Below are positions 44,579 through 52,306 of a stretch of DNA of 64,000 bases, piece after piece. Within the stretch, counting starts at the first letter, position 1. Each line of letters opens with the position of its first letter. A program made the translations under genes and the position numbers. The DNA is from a virus. Lineage: Duplodnaviria > Caudoviricetes. The DNA lies in IMG/VR virus record IMGVR_UViG_3300020048_000093, positions 1 to 64,000 of that record; one strand, written 5' to 3'. The notes beneath the pieces are model-generated. The model saw nothing but the letters and a program-made list of their open reading frames with translations, was not told the origin of the DNA and ran no database searches.

Positions 44579-46027
44579 ATGAAAGATATTGCACTTGACG
44601 ACAGAATATACCTCGAACTTCGACTGTCTAAAGCCATAGAGACCGATGCCCATGGCAATTGGATTATAGAGGCCGAAGCATCGAATGAGAATCTTGACTT
44701 TGACGGACAGGTAGTTCTTCAGCGTGCATTATCAGGATCTAAGGATTATTTTCTCGCCAATGGCGTTATTTCTTACGATCATCGACATCTGCGAGCAGAC
44801 CCCGAAGACCCGAATTGGTCGCCTGAAAAATATATCATCGGCGAACCGATTGGTGTCACTACGCGTGGCGGCAGTACATTCGTAAAAGCAAAGCTGTATA
44901 AGTCAAACGAAGTCGCTCGGGAAATTGTAAAGAAGCTGCAGGATGGTTCTACCAGGATGAAAACGTCAGTCGGCGGTAAACGTCCTGAAGTTGTTTCGTC
45001 ATGGGACCAGAAGCTCGGTCGGGCGGTCGAAAAGGTGGTCCGGGTGCTTTGGGACGAACTGGCAATAACCTTCAAGCCGGTCAATCAAACGCTCGAACCA
45101 GTGGCATTATCAAGCGCCGCGTTCGTAAAATCCCTTGAAGCCGGCTTTGGAACCGATTCGGCAACGATGACTGGCGGACGGGCAATGATTCCTTCTGATC
45201 TGAAGACCGACGAAAGCAAGAAGGACATTTATGCACTGGCCATGGGCCTTACCTACAAAGATGTTCAGGATGAAAAACAGGCGACACAATTTCTTATAAA
45301 TCGAGGCTGCACGCCTGAAAAGGCCAAGGCGGTCATTCGATATGTAATTTCACAGAAAGATCCGATTAAGGAGGAAATTTCAATGGATGCAAATCTAATC
45401 AAGTCATTCGAAGAGTCAATTTTGACACTCGAAAAGAGCATGAAGAAACCCGCGAAGGGTGCTGTTGAACCTGATGGCGACGAAGACATGGGGAAGGGTT
45501 TTACCGAATTCCCGCCCAAAGACGCTATTGAAGGAAACGACGAACCCGATCCCGACGAGGAACTGGATGAAGACGGAAACCCCATTCAGAAACCAGCCAA
45601 ACGTGTTGAGAAATCGCTGTATAACGAGTTGAAGGACACCAGTTCCGACTTTCTCGATGTGACTCCGTTTCTCGATAACCTGGCGAAAAGTATTTCCCGC
45701 CGCATGAGCGCGATGGAAAAACAGGTAACTGAAATGGTCTCTTTCCAGAAATCCATGGGTGGTGCCCTTGTGGCTACCGGGAATCTGGTAAAAAGTCTTG
45801 GTGATGGTCCGATGCCTCGTCAGGCAACCGTGAACAAGCAGGAACGCTCGTTTACTGGATCTGATGGAAAAGTAACAACCATGACCAAATCGCAGATGCG
45901 GGATCAGGTACAGAAGGGTTTTGAAGCGGGTAAAATCTCGCTCCAGGATATGAGCAAAATGGAAGACAGAATCAACAAGGGAATCGCAATCAGCGAACCC
46001 GACATGATCTTCCTCAAGTCACTGTAA
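44579..46027 (+). CDS. Prohead protease fused to scaffold domain
   Basis: EAS.ENLDFDGQVV, SYDH, IGEP, TSVGG, ELAIT..PVN; RBS AGGAG before ATG 44579. Confidence 0.88.
   Translation: MKDIALDDRIYLELRLSKAIETDAHGNWIIEAEASNENLDFDGQVVLQRALSGSKDYFLANGVISYDHRHLRADPEDPNWSPEKYIIGEPIGVTTRGGSTFVKAKLYKSNEVAREIVKKLQDGSTRMKTSVGGKRPEVVSSWDQKLGRAVEKVVRVLWDELAITFKPVNQTLEPVALSSAAFVKSLEAGFGTDSATMTGGRAMIPSDLKTDESKKDIYALAMGLTYKDVQDEKQATQFLINRGCTPEKAKAVIRYVISQKDPIKEEISMDANLIKSFEESILTLEKSMKKPAKGAVEPDGDEDMGKGFTEFPPKDAIEGNDEPDPDEELDEDGNPIQKPAKRVEKSLYNELKDTSSDFLDVTPFLDNLAKSISRRMSAMEKQVTEMVSFQKSMGGALVATGNLVKSLGDGPMPRQATVNKQERSFTGSDGKVTTMTKSQMRDQVQKGFEAGKISLQDMSKMEDRINKGIAISEPDMIFLKSL
45383..46027 (+). CDS. Putative nested in-frame scaffold protein
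   Basis: Internal RBS AAGGAGGA at 45368-75, ATG 45383 in frame; acidic/helical with repeated LxKS. Confidence 0.6.
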   Translation: MDANLIKSFEESILTLEKSMKKPAKGAVEPDGDEDMGKGFTEFPPKDAIEGNDEPDPDEELDEDGNPIQKPAKRVEKSLYNELKDTSSDFLDVTPFLDNLAKSISRRMSAMEKQVTEMVSFQKSMGGALVATGNLVKSLGDGPMPRQATVNKQERSFTGSDGKVTTMTKSQMRDQVQKGFEAGKISLQDMSKMEDRINKGIAISEPDMIFLKSL

Positions 46028-46040
46028 GGAGGGAAAACAT

Positions 46041-47456
46041 ATGGATTTCCTACAACCGTCAAGCACGGGCGAAACAATGTTTGGCTCCGTTTCCGAAGGC
46101 GAGCTTCAGAAAGCTCTCTCTGCGGGATACGAAACCAACTCGGCTTCCATGACCGGGGGCCGTGCCCTCATTCCGGAAGATATTGAAATGAGCATGGTAA
46201 ACGCCATGGCTGCCAAGAAAGAGGACTTCAAACTCACCAACCTCTTGAAGACCCAGAAAGTAAATTCGACCGTGCACGAATATACTCGGCGTAACGACGC
46301 AGGCGATCATGGAAACATTTTCGTCAGCGAAGGTGGATCCGCTGGTGCCGGAAGCCAGACGCTCGAACGCGTTACCCGCCCTATGAAATACATGCAGAAC
46401 TACCGGGAAGTTACCTTGCAGATGCAGGTGGCACGGACACTCGAAGATGCAATGGCATCCGAAAAGCTTGCCGGAACACTTACCATCCTGAAGGGTCTCG
46501 AACAGGGAATGTTCCATGCGGATAGCGCGATTGTACCCGTACAGTTCGATTCGGTTCTCAAGCAGGTTAAATCAAACACTGCGAGACGCAACCTCATCGA
46601 TCTTCGCGGTAAGAAGATGACAGATACGGCCGGCGAAGACTCGATTACGGAAATTGCACGCCAGGTATTTGAGAACGGCGGAAGCCTCTCTCATACCTTC
46701 ATGCCCTCCATGATCGCCCAGGACTTCCAGCTGCTTGCCAGGAACCGCCTCCGCTTCGGTGCCGAAGACACCAAGGCAGCGATGGTAGCGATGGAATATC
46801 CGACAACCTTCTCCAGTCCCATAAAGATTGCGGGTAAAGATGCCGGTGCTGATAAAATGTTCCGCGTGAAGGGCGTTATTACCGCTTCCGGAGACGTCAC
46901 GCTCAGGCCTGATGCACCTACGTTTGCAAAAGCCGCACAGGCATTAACCGCTTCCCAGGGCCGAGGCTTTGATGCAACCACCGCAGGAACGTATTACTAC
47001 ACGGTTTTTGCCATTAACGAATTCGGTATTTCTGCCGGAGCAACAGCAACCTCCCAGGCAGTAACCACGGGCCAGGAAGTTCAGCTTACCATTACCCCTG
47101 GAGCGAAGAGAGGAACCGGATATATTATCTGCCGCTCGAAAGTAGGGGCATCAGATGGTACCGATTGCCGCGAGATGGTTCGTTGTGCGGATTCCGGTTC
47201 GGCTACTACCGTTTACAAAGACCAGAACGAAGACCTCCCCGGAACAGGCGAGATTCTGTACCTGTCCTACGATGCCGTTGAAATGACAGCACAGTTCGAC
47301 CAGTTCTTGCCGCTGATGAAGTTCGATCTCTTCCCGACGCGGGCAGCGGTCACTCCGTTCCTCATCGTTCTGTTCGGTACTCCCGATATCAAAGTGCCCT
47401 GGTATCATGGTGTCGTGAAGAACGTCGGCTACACGAGCGACGGCTTCTTTAACTAA
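46041..47456 (+). CDS. Major capsid protein (SPO1/Twort-like HK97 fold)
   Basis: RBS AAGGAGG; ELQKALSAGY, STVHEYTR, E..MFHADS..VP..FD; follows protease. Confidence 0.92.
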   Translation: MDFLQPSSTGETMFGSVSEGELQKALSAGYETNSASMTGGRALIPEDIEMSMVNAMAAKKEDFKLTNLLKTQKVNSTVHEYTRRNDAGDHGNIFVSEGGSAGAGSQTLERVTRPMKYMQNYREVTLQMQVARTLEDAMASEKLAGTLTILKGLEQGMFHADSAIVPVQFDSVLKQVKSNTARRNLIDLRGKKMTDTAGEDSITEIARQVFENGGSLSHTFMPSMIAQDFQLLARNRLRFGAEDTKAAMVAMEYPTTFSSPIKIAGKDAGADKMFRVKGVITASGDVTLRPDAPTFAKAAQALTASQGRGFDATTAGTYYYTVFAINEFGISAGATATSQAVTTGQEVQLTITPGAKRGTGYIICRSKVGASDGTDCREMVRCADSGSATTVYKDQNEDLPGTGEILYLSYDAVEMTAQFDQFLPLMKFDLFPTRAAVTPFLIVLFGTPDIKVPWYHGVVKNVGYTSDGFFN

Positions 47457-47463
47457 GCTGATG

Positions 47464-47490
47464 GCCCGGCGAGAAATTGCCGGGCTTTTA
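47464..47490 (+). terminator. Intrinsic terminator after major capsid gene
   Basis: GCCCGGC-GAGAAATT-GCCGGGC TTTT. Confidence 0.75.
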
Positions 47491-47509
47491 TGCAAACAGG
47501 AGATTTCGA

Positions 47510-47704
47510 ATGGGAACGCTTAATGATACTATGTGCCGGGCATGTCCCGCACTCAAAGACCTTGCAGAACGACTTGCTCTGATGACCACGCTGGTCAATG
47601 AACTGCGGGCAGATCACAATGCACACTGCGCGATGGGATCGGGAACACATACCGCTGCCGACGCTACCAATGTTGTAACCAGCCCCGCCATGGCTGTTCT
47701 GTAA
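47510..47704 (+). CDS. Small head-associated protein
   Basis: RBS AGGAG; TLVNELRADHNAH motif; position after capsid gene. Confidence 0.55.
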   Translation: MGTLNDTMCRACPALKDLAERLALMTTLVNELRADHNAHCAMGSGTHTAADATNVVTSPAMAVL

Positions 47705-47714
47705 AGGTACATAC

Positions 47715-48827
47715 ATGATAAACGCCGTTGTAAACAATCATGACATTTTGCTAACTCTGACTGACGCTTCGACCTTACCCGGATTTTTAGGGTATCGACT
47801 GGAACGTAAAACAGAAACCGGTGCATGGTTTGTCTGGAACGGCGTTTTTTTTGCCTCAAGCGGGTATGCTCCTCTGCCGGGAATTCGCTTTTCCGATTAC
47901 GATATGGCAGATGGTCTTTATCAGTACCGATACGCCATAGACACGGGCGTTTTATCCGAATATCAGTATTCCGACTGGGTGAATATCAATGCCGGCCGTG
48001 TTGGATGGTCTTTTGAAAACTATACTCCGCCAGAAGGTCTTTTTGGCGAGGTTTTGACCGCCGACGACCTCCGATATACCTATCTTTGGGGCATCGACTT
48101 CCGTGCTTCAAATGGTGATATTTTCACCGATGCACAAGTAAGAACGAAAATAAACTCGGCAATTGATGAAATTGCACGGGCATTAAAGATAACAATCAAG
48201 AAAACACGAGTACACTGTCAGCCAGGTGCGGAACTAGTTGAGGGAATCGACTATGACGAGGCAGAAGATCCTTACGCATATAGACATGATAAGTGGCGAC
48301 GCTCTGGGCGTATTGCCTTGCGAAAACGGCCTATTATTTCAATATCTCGCTTTGATCTATACAGCATATCAGACCAGAAAATCCTTGATCTTATGACCTG
48401 GATAAGTGCGGATCACCGAAAGGGAATTATTAACTTTTTCCCGAAAGCAGGGGCCGATGGACAGTTTCGGATTGCTCCGGCTTCTATGTCGATGGGGATA
48501 TCACTGATAGGAGGTGATTATCCGCATGGGTACAAGATCGATTACGTCGCTGGATATGAAAACGCGAGCAAGGTTCCTTCAGACTTGCGTGATGTGATAG
48601 GTAAAGCTGCGGCATGTAAGTTGCTGAATATAATTGGAGATGGATTGATAGCCGGTTTTTCATCATCTTCATTATCAATGGATGGAGTTTCGGAAAGTTT
48701 TTCTTCTACACAATCGGCAACCAATGCGTATTTCGGCGCACGTATCCAGGTATATCTAAAGGATATTGAGTCTTATTTAAAGGAAAATCGGACAAAATTC
48801 GGCTCTTTCGTAATAGGAAGCATATAA
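47715..48827 (+). CDS. Head completion/adaptor protein with N-terminal FN3-like domain
   Basis: GYRLER..., YQYRY; LTADDLR..YLWG, GFSS.SLSMDGVSES.SSTQSA. Confidence 0.7.
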   Translation: MINAVVNNHDILLTLTDASTLPGFLGYRLERKTETGAWFVWNGVFFASSGYAPLPGIRFSDYDMADGLYQYRYAIDTGVLSEYQYSDWVNINAGRVGWSFENYTPPEGLFGEVLTADDLRYTYLWGIDFRASNGDIFTDAQVRTKINSAIDEIARALKITIKKTRVHCQPGAELVEGIDYDEAEDPYAYRHDKWRRSGRIALRKRPIISISRFDLYSISDQKILDLMTWISADHRKGIINFFPKAGADGQFRIAPASMSMGISLIGGDYPHGYKIDYVAGYENASKVPSDLRDVIGKAAACKLLNIIGDGLIAGFSSSSLSMDGVSESFSSTQSATNAYFGARIQVYLKDIESYLKENRTKFGSFVIGSI

Positions 48828-49432
48828 TGTCCGGAACCACAGTAGAGCTTATCAAGGCCAAAGACTACAGCAAGCTTGTACCTGAAAAAATCACCAGGGC
48901 CGATGGGTCCATCGCAACATACTGGGTATCGCCCGAGGATCGGAACGAAGGAAAACTGAAGGGTCAGCAGAATTTATTTGACGACGCACCAAAGACCGGT
49001 GGCCGTGGTTATTTCGATGAGCTCGACAAGGGCGCTGAAGACCTTCAGATAAAACCTTTGGTAAATAAAGTTGCCGCGTATGACCCTGAGCTCGCAAAGC
49101 GACTGGAAGCAAAATATAAAAACTATCATTTTGACCGGGACACGAAAGAAAAGGACATAGAAATAGACTTTCAGACGGCATGGTGCCTGAAGCGTATGGC
49201 GGATCGTCCGGGGGAAGCTAAGGACTTTCAGGCAGAGTATCATGAGAAGACGGACAAGATGGTATCCATGTTGAACAACCGGAAAAACGCCATGCTGAAG
49301 ATCAAGAAGGGGTCATCCGTGAGAGTTGGGCACGAAAATGGGATAATAGACGGATTTTCCAAACGAGGCTTCCCTATGGTACGCGTAGGGGCAATATCAC
49401 GTCCTTTATTCCATGAGGAACTTACGTTATGA
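48827..49432 (+). CDS. Hypothetical protein with the shared N-terminal tag
   Basis: ELIKAKDYSKLVPEKITRADGSIATYWVSP...QQNLFD. Confidence 0.7.
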   Translation: MSGTTVELIKAKDYSKLVPEKITRADGSIATYWVSPEDRNEGKLKGQQNLFDDAPKTGGRGYFDELDKGAEDLQIKPLVNKVAAYDPELAKRLEAKYKNYHFDRDTKEKDIEIDFQTAWCLKRMADRPGEAKDFQAEYHEKTDKMVSMLNNRKNAMLKIKKGSSVRVGHENGIIDGFSKRGFPMVRVGAISRPLFHEELTL

Positions 49433-50574
49433 GCAAAGGCCAAGGATTAGGGAAGAATTCACCGATAAATCTTAGTCTCGGAAAAGAAAACTACGAAGCA
49501 CTTATTGAGCGTCATGGGCAATGGGTTCGGTGGCTTCAGGCAATAAAATGCACCTGTACGACACTCAATAATCGCCCTGCTATCAATTGTGCGCTATGCG
49601 GGGGTGAAGGATACCAATATCGATTCCAGAAAACAATCGACGAGGTACTTTCCTTGTTCGTCACGGATGGTCTGATTGAATTACCTGCAAAGTTTAATGA
49701 TGTCGTAATACATGATATCCGCGATTATATGGGATTGGAGTATACTGAGACTGGGCGGTTTGGGCGGTTTGTACGGATATCCGGTCCGAGACAGCCGGGA
49801 AAAGGCGAGCGGATAGATTTATCCGTAACAAGATCGATAGTGAAAGCCTTTGAGACTCAATCGGTAAAATACAATGGACTCGGTTCGTTTATTGTTGATG
49901 GTCTTACCCTTGCCGGCGCAGAGGGCGTAGCGAATAACCGGGTCACAAGCGCCGATATAGTATCGATAGGATCGCTTGAAAACGAAACTATCAGTGTAAC
50001 ATACCCTGTTTCGGCAACAAAACGCGCCATTGCATTTGCCGAAGTATTCGATGACCCGGAAGAAACCGACGTGTTGATTGCCAGGAACATCGAATATGTA
50101 GATCCTTTTTTCTTTGTAGTTACCGGACAGCAAGTGCATGAATCTGATGCGAAATTCCTAGAAAGCATCCAGGGCGATGCAAGCATGAGTTTTCCCGAAT
50201 GTTATAAGGTTGGAGAAGGTGATGTCGTAACACTTTTGGCAGCCAACCAGGTAGGAAAAAAGTCAATTTCAAGAGGGACCGGGGATTACGATACCTTGCC
50301 TGAATTTTACGTAGAATCGATAACTCAAATCGAAGATGCCTCACAGACGTATCTTTCGGGAACAGATTATGTCTTGTGGGGAACAAACAAAATTCGCTGG
50401 ATTACCGACAACCGGCCGGCAGCAGGGACTAATTACTTTGTATTTTATGAATTCAATCCAACATATCGAGTAGTAAAAGACTATCCGAACGTTCGGTCAA
50501 GCGAAAACCAAAACCTGCCGCGTCGAGTGGCATTGAAGCTACTTTCAACCTTTGCGGACAGGAAGCTGATATGA
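49429..50574 (+). CDS. Neck / head-closure protein
   Basis: W.....CTC......P..NC..C.G.G motif; C-terminal Ig-like segment. Confidence 0.65.
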   Translation: MSKGQGLGKNSPINLSLGKENYEALIERHGQWVRWLQAIKCTCTTLNNRPAINCALCGGEGYQYRFQKTIDEVLSLFVTDGLIELPAKFNDVVIHDIRDYMGLEYTETGRFGRFVRISGPRQPGKGERIDLSVTRSIVKAFETQSVKYNGLGSFIVDGLTLAGAEGVANNRVTSADIVSIGSLENETISVTYPVSATKRAIAFAEVFDDPEETDVLIARNIEYVDPFFFVVTGQQVHESDAKFLESIQGDASMSFPECYKVGEGDVVTLLAANQVGKKSISRGTGDYDTLPEFYVESITQIEDASQTYLSGTDYVLWGTNKIRWITDNRPAAGTNYFVFYEFNPTYRVVKDYPNVRSSENQNLPRRVALKLLSTFADRKLI

Positions 50575-51413
50575 TACAGATGACGATCATGCCGAAAGAT
50601 GATTATCTCGCCATGCTGAACGCCAGGATGAAATTTATTGGATCAGGAAGTATGCCTGCAACTTCCAGCGCCTTCAAGGCGGCGGCAAGTGTTGTTGCTA
50701 CGGTCTGGAAGGGTTACGCGACAGGAACAGCTATTCCGGGAAGTGAAAAACCGATAAAAAGTGCATCGTATGCTGCCGGGGTAAAAGTACTTCAAGGTGG
50801 GCCTTTTGAATACACAATTTACAATGATTCCAAAATGGCGCAATCCATAGAGGACGGAACACCTGAGCTCGATATGAAAACAACACATCCATACGGCCCT
50901 AAAAGCCGGGTGGCGAACAAGGGGACAAAATCGCACCCAAGATGGGTACCGTATTTGATTATTCCAATACGTTGGGGGACTCCTGGTTCAGGAGGACACT
51001 TCAGGAACATTATTCCGGAGCAGGTATATGCGATGCTTCGGGCACAAATGAAGGCAGGGGAATTCGTCCGAACTTCTGTAAAGAAGACGACTCATCTCGA
51101 AGCAAACTTCGCAGGAGAAGGTGTTCCTCGTGCCGAATATCAGGGAGAAAACGGACAAGATGGCTGGGGGTCTGTTCTGAATGGAATAGGCGGAAACATG
51201 GAAGGAATGTCTGTCATGAATAATGACTCTGGAAAGAAAAAAAGTTCCGGATATATGACATTCAGGATTATTTCTGCAGAATCACCGGTTGGATCATGGA
51301 TCAAACCTGCGGTTCCTGCCAGAAATATTTCACGCCTTGTTGCTGAAAACACACGGGATATTGTTACAGAAATGATACAATCAGGAATATTAAAGGACAT
51401 TGGTAAGATATGA
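50571..51413 (+). CDS. Putative tail completion protein
   Basis: Position; IEDGTPELDMK, YLIIP, TFRIIS..S...SWI.P. Confidence 0.55.
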   Translation: MIQMTIMPKDDYLAMLNARMKFIGSGSMPATSSAFKAAASVVATVWKGYATGTAIPGSEKPIKSASYAAGVKVLQGGPFEYTIYNDSKMAQSIEDGTPELDMKTTHPYGPKSRVANKGTKSHPRWVPYLIIPIRWGTPGSGGHFRNIIPEQVYAMLRAQMKAGEFVRTSVKKTTHLEANFAGEGVPRAEYQGENGQDGWGSVLNGIGGNMEGMSVMNNDSGKKKSSGYMTFRIISAESPVGSWIKPAVPARNISRLVAENTRDIVTEMIQSGILKDIGKI

Positions 51414-52123
51414 TAGTAATACTCAACAAGGGTACAATGATTGAAGACGTTCTCATATCAGAATTCAAGCAATACCTTGAGGAGATTCATTTCAGCGAAT
51501 TATACCCGGTTATTGGAAGCGTTCGAATAACGAATGAACATCCTTTTGCACTTCTGCTCAATCAGCAGTCAAATGGCGTATCATTTACCGGGCAGCTTTT
51601 TCCCTGCATAACCGTTGTTTCCGGAAGTGACGAGAAAGTCGGACCACTCACCGAATACCATGATCGAACCGATTTCAGTCTTGTTTCCAGTGATGTATCA
51701 CTGATAAAGGAAGCCGGGTATCAGATTTCCCAGGGATCGATTGACTGGCTCAATGCGTATTTTGTTGACCATGAGACCATTTACGGTCAAACTGCGGTAG
51801 GGCAACGCAGGGATCATATAACAGTCGAAATATGGTCAGAAAACATACAGTTAAAAAATGAACTGTATAATATCGTTGAAATGTTTCTATGCGGCCCCAA
51901 AAGAGATTTGCTTTCAACAAAGCATAGCATTACCGTTACCGATGATACGGTTCGGGGCCAGCGAAGCGGAAACTACAATCTCGATTTTGGTCAGCTTTTA
52001 TATGGCGGGCAGATTTCTTTTGAGGCGGACTATTTAATCGAGCAATCGGTACTCGATACGGATATTATAGATACGAATAATGATGTTATACTGGAGGTAG
52101 TAAATCATGTCAGAACCGGCTAA
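51410..52123 (+). CDS. Putative tail terminator protein
   Basis: Position before sheath; FPCITVV, I.VEIWSEN. Confidence 0.55.
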   Translation: MIVILNKGTMIEDVLISEFKQYLEEIHFSELYPVIGSVRITNEHPFALLLNQQSNGVSFTGQLFPCITVVSGSDEKVGPLTEYHDRTDFSLVSSDVSLIKEAGYQISQGSIDWLNAYFVDHETIYGQTAVGQRRDHITVEIWSENIQLKNELYNIVEMFLCGPKRDLLSTKHSITVTDDTVRGQRSGNYNLDFGQLLYGGQISFEADYLIEQSVLDTDIIDTNNDVILEVVNHVRTG

Positions 52124-52295
52124 AACGAGTGTACCTGAGGATCGTAAAATGGGTGTGACGCAATTCCTGGGGACCCATCCACAGGAAATGAACGGGATAG
52201 GCGAGTTGGTAAAATCGCTCTATGCAGGAAAGATTTTGACGGAAATAGAATGGGCAAAGGAAATCGATACCCTTCTGTCTCGCAAGCTTAAATAA
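52107..52295 (+). CDS. Small hypothetical protein upstream of sheath
   Basis: RBS GGAGG; short conserved-type gene before sheath in myoviruses. Confidence 0.6.
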   Translation: MSEPAKTSVPEDRKMGVTQFLGTHPQEMNGIGELVKSLYAGKILTEIEWAKEIDTLLSRKLK

Positions 52296-52306
52296 GGAGA
52301 GAAACA

